NCBI GenBank assembly: GCA_030141605.1
Contig: JAQGDQ010001056.1
Location: forward strand, 3,174-67,173
Reading direction: 5' to 3'
DNA from: Tubiluchus corallicola
Lineage: Eukaryota; Animalia; Priapulida
Length of the DNA stretch: 64,000 bases
The position numbers and the translations under genes were made by a program. Below the pieces are notes generated by a model. The model did not search any database. It saw only the letters and a program-made list of their open reading frames with translations, and was not told where the DNA came from. Positions 38,733 through 52,287 of the stretch are shown one piece after another; positions within the stretch are counted from its first letter, which is position 1; each line of letters opens with the position of its first letter.

Positions 38733-40245
38733 TTCATTATTATTTTATGTTACATTTGAACAACATTAAAATTTTTGCACACACAATAAATTTGGCATTC
38801 GCTATATCAATAGGAATAAACGGGCTTTTAGCTTTACTGGCAGGCAGTGAAAGCAATGCGAAAAACACTTATAATTTAATGGAGATCATTCATACCTGTA
38901 AATACGAACTTTACCAGACTACTTTGTTCAGTGAGTTTCCTACTCAAACCAATTCATTGTAAGTCAAAAACTGTCAATTCATGAAAAATATTATCAGAGC
39001 CAATATTACTAGGTATTGCTGTATTATTCAGGCTTTGTTTTCCTGACTTGCGATTTAAAATAATTATGCAATCAAAGATTGATGATTACTTTGAACTGAT
39101 TTTAACGAAAATCGAAAATTGGCCTAATTCAGTCTTTGTCCTGTAAATTTACTTGATTTTTACGCGGCAAGAAAATTTGAAAATACAGAAAACCTAATGA
39201 AAGAAGAACCATGGATTTATGACGCAAACGCCATATGAATCCTCACAGCATGCAGTTCAAGTCGAGTTAGCTTTATTACATATTTCAAGGCTCATATTAA
39301 TCCTGCTTGGATCTCACTGCGGATGAGTAAAAAATTAGTAGACTTAACTTTCTGTCAGTGAGTTTAGCGCTGTCAACATCAGCTTTGCTTAAAGAAAATA
39401 TGAACTCAAAAAGAAACGTTTACACAAGGGTATCGATTAAAAAAGCTCTTCTCCTAGACAAACACAAACCGCTGTAATAAAATTTAAACGCAGTACAGCC
39501 CACAGCAGAAAAAAACTCAAGAAATATTACTCAAAATTTATGGGAAGGACAACTATACATTGAAGAAGAAGACATAGTTCCATCATAACAGCATTAGCGA
39601 AATTAACCGTTTCAGATAAGCGATGTTAAGACATGAGGCTATGGAAAGTAAAAACATGCTGATTTGTTTACTGTAATGTCGAGAACACGTGGTGTAAACT
39701 GCAACCAGCTTCAAACTGCTAAACGAACTTGGCTGGTGCTGGTCTAGATGTTGTTCGTTCTGTTAGCTTCATCTTCTAGCTTGGTGAATGTGTGTCTTCC
39801 ATGAGTGACTAAGAAGATTAAGACTGGACGTAGAGGAGTACGTAGGAGGATATCATCTCATCAGCTGAGTGAAGCCGAGAAAAATTAAAACCGTAATGAG
39901 CGGAAAAGGATGGTGAAGCAACGTGAACGAGTAAAGACCGAAACTTACAAACCAATTATCGTTAATAACAACTGCTGTGCAATTAGCTGATGCAATTAGC
40001 TGTTATTCTTGACTTTGCAATTCCAAACCTGCCCTGCAGGGATGAAAGATTTTACTAATTAACTTCTTAATCGAATTTAAGCACATCTTCCTAAGGCTAT
40101 CCAATAATCATTTTGTCAGAGTAGTTAGCGTCGGGAGGCTGTTTGATATATATTAAAAACAACACGAAAGACAAATGCAAAAGATACATAGTTGTAAAGG
40201 TAACAAATTAGCCAAAAATGTAGTAATTGTGGTTAAGATTTGTGT

Positions 40246-40743
40246 TGGGAAATTTTTGGCTGCCTCCTAAAGGAATGGGTGATTTGAGTTGCATTAGAAA
40301 TGTTCATTGTTACACCATTGGACTTGCTAATAAACACTGACTAGATTGATTTTATATTGTTCACTATGAATCGCATTTTATCAAGGTTCGTACTTACTGA
40401 AATAACGTCAAGTAATTATCTTTTATACCCCTAGTTGACAATAGGTCCCGAGTTGATAGTTGATAAGTGCTCTGCGCCTGCGCAGAACTGTGTTGTCGTG
40501 AACCGCGCAATCATAAAAATGGCATTATGATGTTAACAGAAACCTATTAAAACACCGAAAGATAATTATTTGACGTTGTTTCAATAAGAGGTAGGTTCCG
40601 AAGCTTGATAAAATGTCATACATAATGAACAATGTAAAATCAATTTAGTCAGTGTTTATTATAAAGTCTGATGGTGTAACAATGAACATTTTTAATGCAA
40701 CTCAAATCACTCGTTCCTTCAGAAAGACAGGGAAAAATTTCCT
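40246..40743. mobile_element. Foldback/MITE with ~180-bp inverted arms
   Basis: gtgatttgagttgcatta..atgttcattgttacaccat..aataaacactgacta (40260-40420) mirrors 40560-40730. Confidence 0.8.
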
Positions 40744-41551
40744 AGCATAAATGCACTATTATGATTGTTAGTTCACCTAGAAAAAAGTGATACAGTTTTA
40801 TTAATAATTCTGATTCCTTTCGTACAGATAGTTTTGCAGGTGATGAAGAGTAGAACTAAACGTGTATAGAAGAAATTCAAAGTTGCACAAAAAATAATAA
40901 TTGAAATGAAAAGTGAAATTAAATCTCAGTTAGTTCCTTGCTTGTTTACTTGCTGGCTTACTTTCTTAAATTTTCACTAGTTGGCGTTAAATGTTAAACT
41001 AATACTTAAGGTTGTCTAAATAATACATTTTCTTGTTTGTAATCCCATTTTGGAGTCAATCCTACCACAAGATGAGAATGCGAAGTGACCTCTGTCCAGT
41101 ATGATGTCCAGATTTTTTTGGGCGAATTGGAATTTCTTCCACATGCGTTTAGTTTTACAACTCATCAGCTGCCAAATCTAATTGGACAAAATGAGGAAAA
41201 ATTATTTAAAAAGCCACATAGTTTTTGAAAATGACCATAAAAATCTATTTACATTCACCGGCCATCCCTCACTGAACTTCTTTGTATTCTCAGATATTCA
41301 TACCCAGTCTGACGAGGCTGATCAAATTGCTTGTTGAATTATTGATTATGGCTGCAAATTTTATCGTCTTTAGTTTACGGCGTTGCCTGTTTACTTTAAA
41401 CAGTGTTTACTGCCGCTGGTGAATGTAGTGCACTTGCTCGATAACTGAATAACAAGAAAAAGAAAATTCCTTCCACACTTTAAGATGTCAGCACAGCACG
41501 GAAACATTTTATCAAAACCTCCAGCGCGCGCGTGAAATAAAAAAACATAGT

Positions 41552-41627
41552 ACAATGAACCTATCCCATAATGCAATGAACCTATCCCATAATACAATGA
41601 ACCTATCCCATAATGCAATGAACCTAT
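41552..41627. repeat. 21-bp tandem repeat, ~3.5 copies
   Basis: Unit caatgaacctatcccataat(g/a). Confidence 0.9.
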
Positions 41628-42660
41628 CAGTGCTTAGTTTTCATTAAACAAAAGAACGATTGTCAGCACAGTACAAAGATATTAAAAAATTTATCAACAC
41701 CGCCAGTACGTGCGTGAAATAAAAAACATAACGGGGCAAACTATAAACTTATTAAAGTTTAGTTTTCAGACAACGAAAGTAAGATAAAAAGAAACACGGC
41801 TACATAAAAAATCATTTCACAAACCAAGCTCAACGTGCACTAATCCTGCTATGTGAACGGAACAGCGACGATGTTTGATATTTGATGGATATAGTTACAG
41901 GAAATGTGTAATGTGTAAAATTTAGATATTTTACAAAGTTCTTATGCAATTCATATATGAGCTATGTATTTCGAAAAGATGTGAAATAAATCTTTTTTTG
42001 CGGATTTTCACACTTTACTTAGACGTTTCGTATAATAGCTAGGACCTGGATAAAATGTGTAAAGTGACTTCAGCAAGGTATAAATTGAGGAAGACTGGAC
42101 GATTGTTTAGACTCAATCTCATTTTAATTTACAGTCCAAAATATACATTTTCTTATCTATAAGTTAACAATTGTTCCTTATATTTGTATAATTAGCTTAG
42201 AAAATTAATTAACGGCCACCGAACACAGCTATTGCTTACATCAGAAACTAACAACAGTTGGTGCAATGGCAGGCGTCTTCCCTTGCCCGTCAAGCACATT
42301 TGCATAGGTGTTACAGTACTGTTTAAATGCATGATGTCACGAAAAGTGGGCTTTACACCATATGACGTTATGAAACTAACACCGCAGTTCATGATCATGC
42401 TTATCACGCTACCGTCTTCTATTTGTCGGCCATGTGAAGGTGACAAAAAGGCACCGCTGTCAATCTTAGTAGATTCACTGAGCAGCGCGTAGCTTTGAAA
42501 GTTTAACGAAATTTGAGTATCCGAGGTAATTATTACGTAATCTAAGCTTTGATTTAAAAAAAGCTATTGTAGTTTCAATATTTTTGAGCATTCTTTATTA
42601 TGAACTAATGTTTACACAATCACCGGTTTTCCTTTAAGTATAACTTTTCTTAGGTGTTTT

Positions 42661-43087
42661 CAGGGGCGTATCAAAACTTTACGACACCCTAGGCTGATAG
42701 TTCTGTCCCGTCCATCTCTATTGTGAATTTATGGTTGCTTATGTAATGAGCATTTTAAACAGTTACTTGTGGTGTATTAGAAACAGTATTAACCTAGTAT
42801 CTACATAGTCATTATTAATTACGTGTATTTTCATAGCGCTTATAGTCAAGTAGGATGCGCCAATTCTTGTTGTGTAATACCATGCACTTGTTCGTTACGT
42901 GGGACTTATATAACAGCTGCTTTAAGTAACTGCTCTGGTGTGTTATAAAATGTGCCCTTTACATGAATATGAAAGAACATTATACACATTTCCCATGCGA
43001 ATAAGAATTTTTTCTAAACTGTGACGCCCCTCAAACTTTGGCGCCCTAAGCTATAGCCTAGTTAGCCTATTGGTTAATACGCCCCTG
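42661..43087 (+). mobile_element. hAT-like MITE, family D
   Basis: TIR CAGGGGCGTAT/ATACGCCCCTG; degenerate 8-bp TSD ggtgtttt/cgtgtttc. Confidence 0.8.
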
Positions 43088-43199
43088 CGTGTTTCATACA
43101 TTCCCTGGTGATTGTACAGAATACGTGAAACGACTTAATCAATGCATTAAATTAAGGAAGCAGTTCGAATAAGCCAGTGAGTTAATTGTTTTATTAGCA

Positions 43200-43760
43200 G
43201 TGGATGCAACATCACCATCTATGACACGCCACTTGACGAGAGAGGCCATTTTCCATTTCCCTTCAACAAGTCAGTTTTGCTCTCTAACTAATATACTTCC
43301 GAAAGGGCTGAATTGGAACGGCTAATGTGTCTTTTGGGAAACTTGCGAGATAACCCAAAATTAAAATGCATTGGTCTATCAAGCTATCGTCATCTCAACC
43401 CATCTCTGTGGCTGAGAAACTTAGGTTCTATTATCATGTCATCAAAACAAGAATTGAAACATTTCATCACCAAAATTTTTCCTCCATCCTGAACATCAAA
43501 CACAACTAATACGTCACCAACATCACCACCTCAAAAAAGCAAATAGCCACAACATCGAGTCAGTAATCTTGAAGCACTGTCTCAGTTGATGACGATATAT
43601 CGTCAAAATGTAGGAGACCAGGCTACCTCATCAAATTCTCTTCAGTGAACTGACAAAAGATCACAAGGATGCCCTTTTCATTGTTACAAAGACCAACAGG
43701 AGCCAAAATATTCAGAAACCAAGTCCTGCAGCCGATGTAGAACATGACATCGGAACCCAC
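43200..43760 (+). mobile_element. Old RTE (BovB-like) LINE fragment
   Basis: VYQAIVISTHLCG*ET*...IETFHHQNFSSILNI...VKM*ETRLPHQILFSELT is a decayed form of the RTE LLYGCETW...FH...RM..RLP..IL..EL motifs. Confidence 0.75.
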
Positions 43761-44975
43761 AATGGAACCCAGTATTTCAAACCCAACGAAGTAAAGAAAA
43801 GTGGCACAAAATCAAGGTCAAAATTGGATAAGCCAAAAGCGACCAAAGTAGACTACTAAATATACGCAGAGAAGCAGAGTTTTTTCACTGTATTTAGTTA
43901 TACATGCACCCCTCCCCCAAGTCTCAAATGCCTTCTGTGTTTCACGCAAGAATTGGTCTCCTGAATCATTAACCATAGAAGAGGAAACACACTGGAACTT
44001 GACCAACCTGTTTACTAGAAAAATTTGCAAGTTCGTTGAAACTGAAACATCGCTAATTTCAAACATTCCTTAAAATAAAATTGGCATTTTATAAAATGTC
44101 TAAGAAAATTGTATCAAAACAACTGACAATTTGCTTGTATTTTTCACATTAAGGTTCATTGAACATTGTTAGAAAAAGTATATCCAACTATAATCTAAGA
44201 AATACGTGCTTTGCCTAAACAAAAATTTGCATTATATATAATGCCTAGGAAAAGCAGAAGAATTTTTTTAGACACATTGCCTGGTTTGTTTTAGCATTCT
44301 ATATAATGTCTCCCAGCATTCTGCACAATACCCGGTTTCATACTTTGCCTATAACGTATCGTACACAAAATATAAGACGCTAATTACTGTAGTTCAGATA
44401 TTCTCTATACTTCAGAGTCTGAGAAATGCTTTTCAACCCATAGTTTATAAAACTAGAAAAAGTTCTATAATTAATGTAATACTATTTTGTTCATTAGCTT
44501 GACAAATTTGAAATTACGATGTATTCTCAGTACTTATTATTTTCAATGCAGTTTGTGGAACCGTATGACGATTATGTATTACCACAATGGCTTTCACTCG
44601 TAAGAAACAAAATGACGAAAATGCTGCAACTACAAAATTTCTGTTGAAACAATTTTAATAACCGACGTAGCAAAATCTGCTGTTGACTTTTGACAGTTAC
44701 TTTTTCTGACAGCTGTTAATTAATGACAAACTGATATTCAATTAAGTAGCCGTGATTAATAAACAATATATGTTTAATAGAAATTAAGGGTCTTTAAGCA
44801 CTTATATTTTTCAGAAGGTGCCTGTTACACTAGCTACCCCATGCATAGCTACTGCACTTCCAAGAGTAATACACCTATCAACAACACTCCTCCATCTCTT
44901 ATCAGAAGCTGAAGTGAAAGTAATTAAGGGAAGCAGGTGACAAGTAGACCAAGGCGTGAGATGAAACAAACGCAC

Positions 44976-45080
44976 CCAGTAGCCTGACATAGTAACATGT
45001 TTGTTGAACGATACATCATCACTACTTTTGCCATCCTTTAATCTATTTGCTTTTTTTAACAACTTCGCTAAAACAGACAT
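44976..45080 (-). CDS. Possible short first coding exon (MSVLAKLLKKANRLKDGKSSDDVSFNKHVTMSGYW)
   Basis: Polypyrimidine tract and ttcag| two nt before the ATG; donor TGG|GTGCGT; 75-nt upstream intron (45083-45157) opening CAG|GTAAAC. Confidence 0.4.
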
Positions 45081-45678
45081 TGCTGAACACGCAGTTTAGA
45101 AGATAGAAGAAAAATGAAGAGAAACGCAATACACCTAATGCTCATCACACAGTTTACCTGTAAATCAAGCTGCTTTCAATACACAGCACATATAATAACA
45201 CTGGCAACAATAAGTGCTTATTACACGCGCGTATAATCCGTGTCTCACAAAAATAAAGCCAACGTTAAACCGGTCTAGAAGATTACGTTTGGCTTCACTA
45301 GGATGAGCATTATGTGCTGGAGAAGGTGGCGCGCGCCGGCGGGTCCTGCACATGCGTCAAAAAGAGCACCCTAGTTTTAGTTCCGTTGAAGCCACTAATT
45401 TTATCCGCCTCTTATAAAGTGAACTAAACTGGCAATTATTATTCGCAGAAGCCACTCCACGTAAATTTTGCCGTTTTCCTGAAAATTTGCTTGGTCTGTA
45501 GTCGCTAATATGTAATTATAGTTTTAACACAGAAATGTGTGTGTCGTATCGTGTAATTTATATTAAGAATAAGAAATCTTAAGCCCCAACTCTTGAACTT
45601 ATATTAGCCCCACACAAGCCTACAGAGTGTTCACGGTGACCTAAACTTGTCTAGTACATGTAGTTTTAGTCGGTTAAA

Positions 45679-45750
45679 GCAAAACCGGACCCAATGTTAA
45701 ACAATTTTCATCAAATGGAGGTGAAAACAATCTACTCTATCTTAAAATAA
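45679..45750 (+). mobile_element. Family A-related left terminus
   Basis: TTAA|AGCAAAACCGGACCCAAT..AAAACAATCTACTCT. Confidence 0.6.
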
Positions 45751-46016
45751 GTATGTTTTAATCTGTATTTTAGATAGATAAAACGTAATGAATAAGTAAA
45801 TAAAACGTAAAACTGTTTTTGAGCAGAAACTCAGATTGACGTGCACGTGCAGACATTGAGGCAGTCATATAAACATTTCCTGTGGAAGCCATAAGAGTGT
45901 CATTTTAGACCTTGATTATCCAGAAAAAGCTCTTCTGTTCGCATTGTCATTTAGATTAATAAACAATTAAACAATCGACTATTATCAACACAAAACTACT
46001 TTCGAAAAAATGAGGT

Positions 46017-46039
46017 TATCATCATCACCATCATAATCA

Positions 46040-46072
<33 letters not shown>

Positions 46073-46134
46073 TCATCATCATCGTCGTCGTCATCATCAT
46101 CATCGTCGTCATCGTCATTGTTATCGTCAGCAGC
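46017..46134. repeat. (TCA/TCG)n microsatellite
   Basis: Read directly. Confidence 0.96.
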
Positions 46135-46253
46135 AAACCGCTTACCAAAAACATCAATAGGTTTACCCACCATACTTCAGTGTATACCACCGTACTGACA
46201 TTACTTGCTTAAAAAGTTGATTAGATTGGATTTTTTTCTTTACCTTATGCCTT

Positions 46254-46310
46254 GCATGTTTGCTTGCCTGCATGTTTGCTTGCCTGCATGTTTGCTTGCC
46301 TGCATGTTTG
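46254..46310. repeat. 16-bp tandem repeat, ~3.5 copies
   Basis: Unit gcatgtttgcttgcct. Confidence 0.9.
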
Positions 46311-47816
46311 TTTTCTTACATGCTTTGCATTTCTTAAGAGAAGAACAAATTTCAAACTACAGATAGCAGGCTCTAGTTTATGAAAGTGCGCATTTACAAC
46401 CATGCGCGATCGTTCACAAGTGCAAATAAACTGGCTTTAAACTTATATTATGGCATTTAAACGTTCTTTACTGCAACGACTGTGGTAAATATTCATGGCA
46501 ACTTGTAACAATAAAATCTTCAGAATTTTGCTGCGTTTAGCTAACTAGGCCATGCTTAGTTTTACCAAGTAAGTAATTATATGACTACATTTTATATTGG
46601 GAAACAAAGAAGAGAGGCAAACAGATGCAGGCAGACGGGCGCGGATAAATAAATATTAACACTACTTTAAATAATTATACCAAGCTTTAAAATGCTGTCA
46701 GTCAGCACCATCTTGCTTTCAAGATGGAAAATTAGAAGAATTTTCATTCTAAAAAAATGTCGCAAGTAGGCCAAACCTAGAAAATTACGTAGTTTCAGTC
46801 CAGTTGATTATTCTAGTCAATTGTAGCTATACGTGACATCTCTTGATGCAGAACAGCTGCTGATAAATCCATTTTCCTCCGTGTCTCTTATCAGTGGAAT
46901 TTTCTGCCTACAACCTTACTTGTTTCAATGAGAATGTGAAGAGGTACTTTCTGTCACCTCTGTCAAGAGTTCATTTTGCTGACGTGCAGTCACACTTTTA
47001 TTTTAACACTGCAACTGCTCACCCTGAGTGGCCAATGGTTTCAAAACTGAAACGATTTTGTCTAAAAACTACTCAGCACAAATGCTGTTGTACTGCATGC
47101 GAATGAAGGATGAATGAAACTCGCGTGTGACTAAATAGTTTCAAATAACAACAATTAACCTTATGTCTTTCATTTCCGTAGAGTGGCAGCTCCTATTTTA
47201 AGTATGAATCACCATCGCTTAGTCCGGAATGCGAAGCATTCGGTTACTCGCCTGCAGCACACGCTCACGCACACATGCACGTGCATTTTGCTTGCGCGCA
47301 TTTGTAGAATGTGCAAACTTTAGCAACACACAGTTTTAGATGATGCCTTTCGTGGGTTTCTTTAAGCCAATCGACAACTTTTCTACAACAGTGCTGTATT
47401 GTGATGTCACAATATTAACCCCCCCCCCCCACCACCACCACCACCAAAAAACAGCATCACTCACACCACACCATGCGATAAAAACAGCAACAATAATACC
47501 ATTTTGCCCAATATTATAACTGTGTTTTTATAACAAACGAAAATAAATCCGCCTACTGATGATCAGCAATGCGCGAACATTATGCATAGTTTTTCTTCAC
47601 TACTGCCGAAAATCATGGGACTGAGTAAACAGAGAACAGTGGAATCCAAATACGTGAAAATTTTGTAACCATTGTTTGCCTCACGATGAACAACAGGCAA
47701 CATTTTCTATTACTCGAATCACGAGAACATCACATCGAGTTGAACGACTAAAGTTGTTCGCAAACGAGTCATTCAAGAACAGATGAAAATGTTTCCTTAT
47801 TAGGTTCTGCAGTTTT

Positions 47817-48222
47817 AATAAGCCTTTTCACAGTTTCAGCGATTGATGACGATGATGAAAATGTCAAAGGTTAAGTGTACCAGACAATGCATTTTTGTAC
47901 ACTTGACAACGCCTCGCAAGCAGTCGCAGCCCATGCTTTTGTAATACTAACAGTTTTAACAGCTAGCTAGGGCCTTACCTAGTTCATTTTTTTATTGTTC
48001 CTAAGCAAGAACCATCCGTGTAAATTACTCTACGCACAGACTGATGCATAATTAAGTAAAGTCCACGTAAAAAAACAAAAGTTACTGAACTGATGCGACA
48101 GACGGCTTTGCTTTATCCAGACGCGACGTGACGGTTGTATTTAAGACGCGTTGCTCTGGCACACTTAACTTTGATCTGCAGCAACTGCGCGTGCGCACAA
48201 CGAAACTGCGAAACGACTTATT
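47817..48222 (+). mobile_element. Family B MITE
   Basis: aataagccttttcacagtttc ... gaaactgcgaaacgacttatt. Confidence 0.78.
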
Positions 48223-48849
48223 CATTCATTTAGATGTATCCATCATCTACAGATCAACATTTTTCGGTCTAGACATGACTCTTTCAACCATATTTGCTTG
48301 TTAAACCTGTTTCATCGCATTAATTAGAGATTAATTTTCTGACGCTGCAGAAATCTAATTTTAAAACGTAATAAAATCTTAATGCCTTTAGTCGATAAAT
48401 GTGGTGGGTGAGGCGGCATCAATGAACAGCCACAATCATCAAAACTTCCTTCATGCAGCTGACATTTAAGCATCGCTTATTTCATTACAATTTTACGCGC
48501 TAGTTAGCTTCGGCTTTTTAATAATGCATGCATCCCTGCGGGAACTTAATACGTTTCCATCATTCATTTAAAACTATCTGTGGGATTTATTAAGTGCGTT
48601 TGATAAAGCACAAAAAACCGAAGTCAGTATTCGCTTCGAAAAGTTATGCCGCCATGTTGTAGAAGAAATTAATTGCGGTGCGTATTTATGCGCGGTGCTG
48701 TGTGCAAGTGAACTGGGAACTGGGAACTAGTTTATCAGGGAAACATGAATGAAGTCATTAAAAATTAATGAAAGAGTTATTATGAGTCATGAAAGCATGA
48801 AATAGGTATAATGTCAGGTCAATACTTGTAGTATATAGAGTATATAGAG

Positions 48850-49001
48850 TGCACACGCCAAACAAACAAATGCAGAGGGTGGAAGACAACATCTGTATAG
48901 TGCATGACGACGGTGATGATAATGATTCTACTGCTGCTGCTGTAGCTGCTATCGTCACTGCTACTGCAGCAGTGCAGCTACTTCTATCACTGTTGTTGTT
49001 G

Positions 49002-49033
<32 letters not shown>

Positions 49034-49317
49034 GGTGGTGGTGGTGGTGCTGTGGCTGATGATGATCGTGATGATGATGATGATGATGATGATGACGACG
49101 ACGATGATGATGATGATGAACAGACACGCACACGCCAAAGAAACAACTGCAGAGGGTGGAAGAACTGACAAGATCTATGCAGTGAATGACGACGACGATG
49201 ATGATAATGATTCTACTACTATTACTACTGCTGCTGCTGCTGTTGCTACTACTACTACTCCCACTGCTACTGCTGTCACTGCTACTGTTGTTGTTGTTGA
49301 TGATGATGATGATAGTT

Positions 49318-49357
<40 letters not shown>

Positions 49358-49385
49358 CGAAGACTACGATGATGAACAGACACAG
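48850..49385. repeat. ~280-bp tandem duplication, each unit a unique head plus compound microsatellite
   Basis: gcacacgccaaa.aaacaa.tgcagagggtggaaga at 48851 and 49128, each followed by GAT/CTG/TTG/GAT runs ending gatgaacagacac. Confidence 0.85.
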
Positions 49386-49727
49386 ATTCTAAATTGCAAC
49401 AATGAGTATTTTAAGAAGAGAGGAGAGAAGAAGAAAGAAAACGAAAGTAGACGAAAAAGTAGAAGGCAACACTGGCACAGTACTAGAGATATTTTTGGAG
49501 CTTTCAGTTTACTGCTTATAAGTACGTATTTGTAAACAGTTAATTTATCAAATAAACATAATTTTTTGTTAAAACGTGCAATCCCTGAAAGAGAAAGAAA
49601 AGAGCAGAGGACAGAAGATGGACGAGCTTGAGGGGAGACGACAGGAGAGGTGTGTTTGTTTTTGTGCGGCCAGTACATAAAATCGATAATTCATTGCAGT
49701 TGTGATACTATTTACTACTCTATGCTC

Positions 49728-50030
49728 TGCAGTTGCTGCAGGTCAAAGTTAAGTGTGCCACATCAACACGTCTTAACTGCTAACGCACTTCACATGTAGG
49801 TAAAGCAAAGCCGTCTAAGTATCTGTTCTGTAACTTTAGTTGTTTTACGTGAACTTTACTTAATTATCCATTAGCGACCGTGTAGAGTGATTTGCTAGCA
49901 TGATCTTGTTTGGGAACAAGTAAAAAAACGAACTAGATAAGGTTTTAGCTAGCTGTTAAAACGGTTACTATTACAACAGTTTGAGCTGCTAGGCATTGTC
50001 AAGTGTACACAAATGTTTGTGAAAAAGCCA
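49728..50030 (-). mobile_element. Family B MITE, partial, reverse orientation
   Basis: gcagttgctgcaggtcaaagttaagtgtgcc... is the reverse complement of the 47817-48222 body. Confidence 0.7.
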
Positions 50031-51252
50031 CGAATGAAATTTTCTAGCAGTTGTCATATTTGTTCGTTCCTGTGTTCGCTCGTTTAGCCTCTTTCCTTCC
50101 TGTTTACATAGCAGTTCGATTTTACTGTGAAACTGAATATTTTGCAAATCGATTTTTCATTTAGTTCTCTGTAAGTCAACAATCTGCTCACGCCGATTTT
50201 CCACAAAAGTCAATTAATTGAGTAAGCAAATAACGGAGCATAAGTTTTCTGTAACGATTTTAAGTAATCCAAGTGGGCATACGAGAACTGTTACATGGCT
50301 TCCTTTGAACTGGCCATAAAAAATTGCATGCTGCTGCCATCTACTGTGAGGTTTAGCGTCAGCTACCCACGGTAAGTTTCTAGTTACCTGTGTGCCAACA
50401 AATTTCACACATCCTTGGAAAGGCCACTGGTCCACTGTGATTCTAAATCGTTGCTTACTGACACAATTAAATTACACAATTAAATTCAATGACTTACCGG
50501 AAAAGTGTTACAGCAAATGAGGACATACTAATGTCCTACTTTTAGCAGATCCGTATGTCTTTTATATAAATCAGTGTAAAAATGTATTGCACTGAGTTTA
50601 TACTAGAATTTCGAACTCAAGACTTATATTAATCAGCATTTTGAGAAACCAACAAAGAAGGCAACAGTTTTTCTTTAAGAATTAAACAAAGACTTACTGA
50701 ATAATTTTGCCGAATTCATTTAAACAGGAAGTGAAATCAGCTTGTTTCCGTTCATTCATTTCCCGACTATTCTTGCTTCGTTTCCGTAAGTTTAGTGTGA
50801 GTTGGCAGAAGCAAGGTTTCTATAACTGCCAGACTTGTCTGTAACTGACATGATTGTCGTTCTAACTGCCAATTTTACTTAACTGTTTTGCAAAGTGTAT
50901 GCTATTCTGCGAGTACCAATTAGAAGAATCTATCACGATTTAGAGTATTCTAGTTATAACTCGAGGTACTGTAAGTCACGCTCACAGATATATGATTATT
51001 TTGTAGTATAGCAGGCGTAATTATTATTTTGTAGATTAGAGTCTTTCTTAGCTTTAGCCGTACGCTGCGCGTTCAGACTACCGGGTTTTCTGTCGCGAAA
51101 TTTGTCTCTGACAGCAAACTCGCCAATGTGAACTGCATTGCTAGTTACTGTCTGCATCGAAAACGCTTGCGGGTTACTTGGCGAGTTAATTTGGGTGAGA
51201 AAACTCGCTAAGCTGAGCGCGGCGTTATGATTATAGTTGTGCCTTAATTTAA

Positions 51253-51712
51253 CCCTTTCATACCCGTTGTATCCCGTGGGATACGAGAATATTTTCTGCC
51301 TTTAAAATTAATAAAATTTTAAAACTGACAGTTATTTGATCTGTTAATAGTTATTTTGATTTAAGCCAATAACAATAGACTAAAAATGGTGATAAAATGG
51401 CAAACTAGAAAATCTACATAGCATAAAAAACTGCGCAAGGTACAGTACTTTAGAGACGACTTTGTACAGATCAGCATAGCATGCATACTAAATGTCTTCA
51501 ATACTTTAAAAAATTATCAGGAGTTGCAAAATGAAGCACATTTTATGCTTCCATTGAATCCCAATGTATCCCGTGGGATACAGGCTATATTTAGCACGCG
51601 GGCACAGGTAGAAAAAAATAATTATTATGTGTAAACAAGATGGACATTCTGAACAAAAGTACCGAGCCGAAAATTTTTTTCTTATTAAAAAAATAATTTG
51701 GGACTGAAAGGG
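51253..51712. mobile_element. piggyBac-type MITE
   Basis: TTAA|CCCTTTCATACCC ... GGGACTGAAAGGG|TTAA; internal near-palindrome tgtatcccgtgggatac occurs twice. Confidence 0.88.
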
Positions 51713-52287
51713 TTAAGTCATAGTTAAGTCTATATCAAACTCTACAGCCGTGAGACATTATCACTCTTTTCACACACACGTTTAAAGCAAAACATTAATA
51801 TTAGCAATTATAGGCAACTGCAACTTTTTATCAATGTATATTGTAAAAAAATCTAAACGTTTTTTAAGCTCTTTATATAATTTATAGACCGCTGAAGCAA
51901 AGCGTATGACACCAAAGTGTATGACACATTGTTAGACGTAATTGTTTATTTGTGTTTACGTCTCACTATAACTGCCTAAGGTGCACAGTAAAAACTTCGA
52001 AATTTCTTCGACTCTCCTGCACAAATTTATTGATTTGGGAGATCAAACTGTAGATAAATCCTAAACTCAACACCTTTCAGTACCCGACAGCCGACTATTC
52101 GCCTAGTGAATTTAGATCAGTCCCCCGAACTCTTCCTTAGCTCCATATATATATGTATATATATATGTGTATATATATGTATGTGTATATAGGTATGTAT
52201 TAGATGTGACATATGTATAATATGTGATTACATGTACTTTGTTTCCAATGAAATCAAGTATGGTTCAATTATGTCCATATCCAGATT

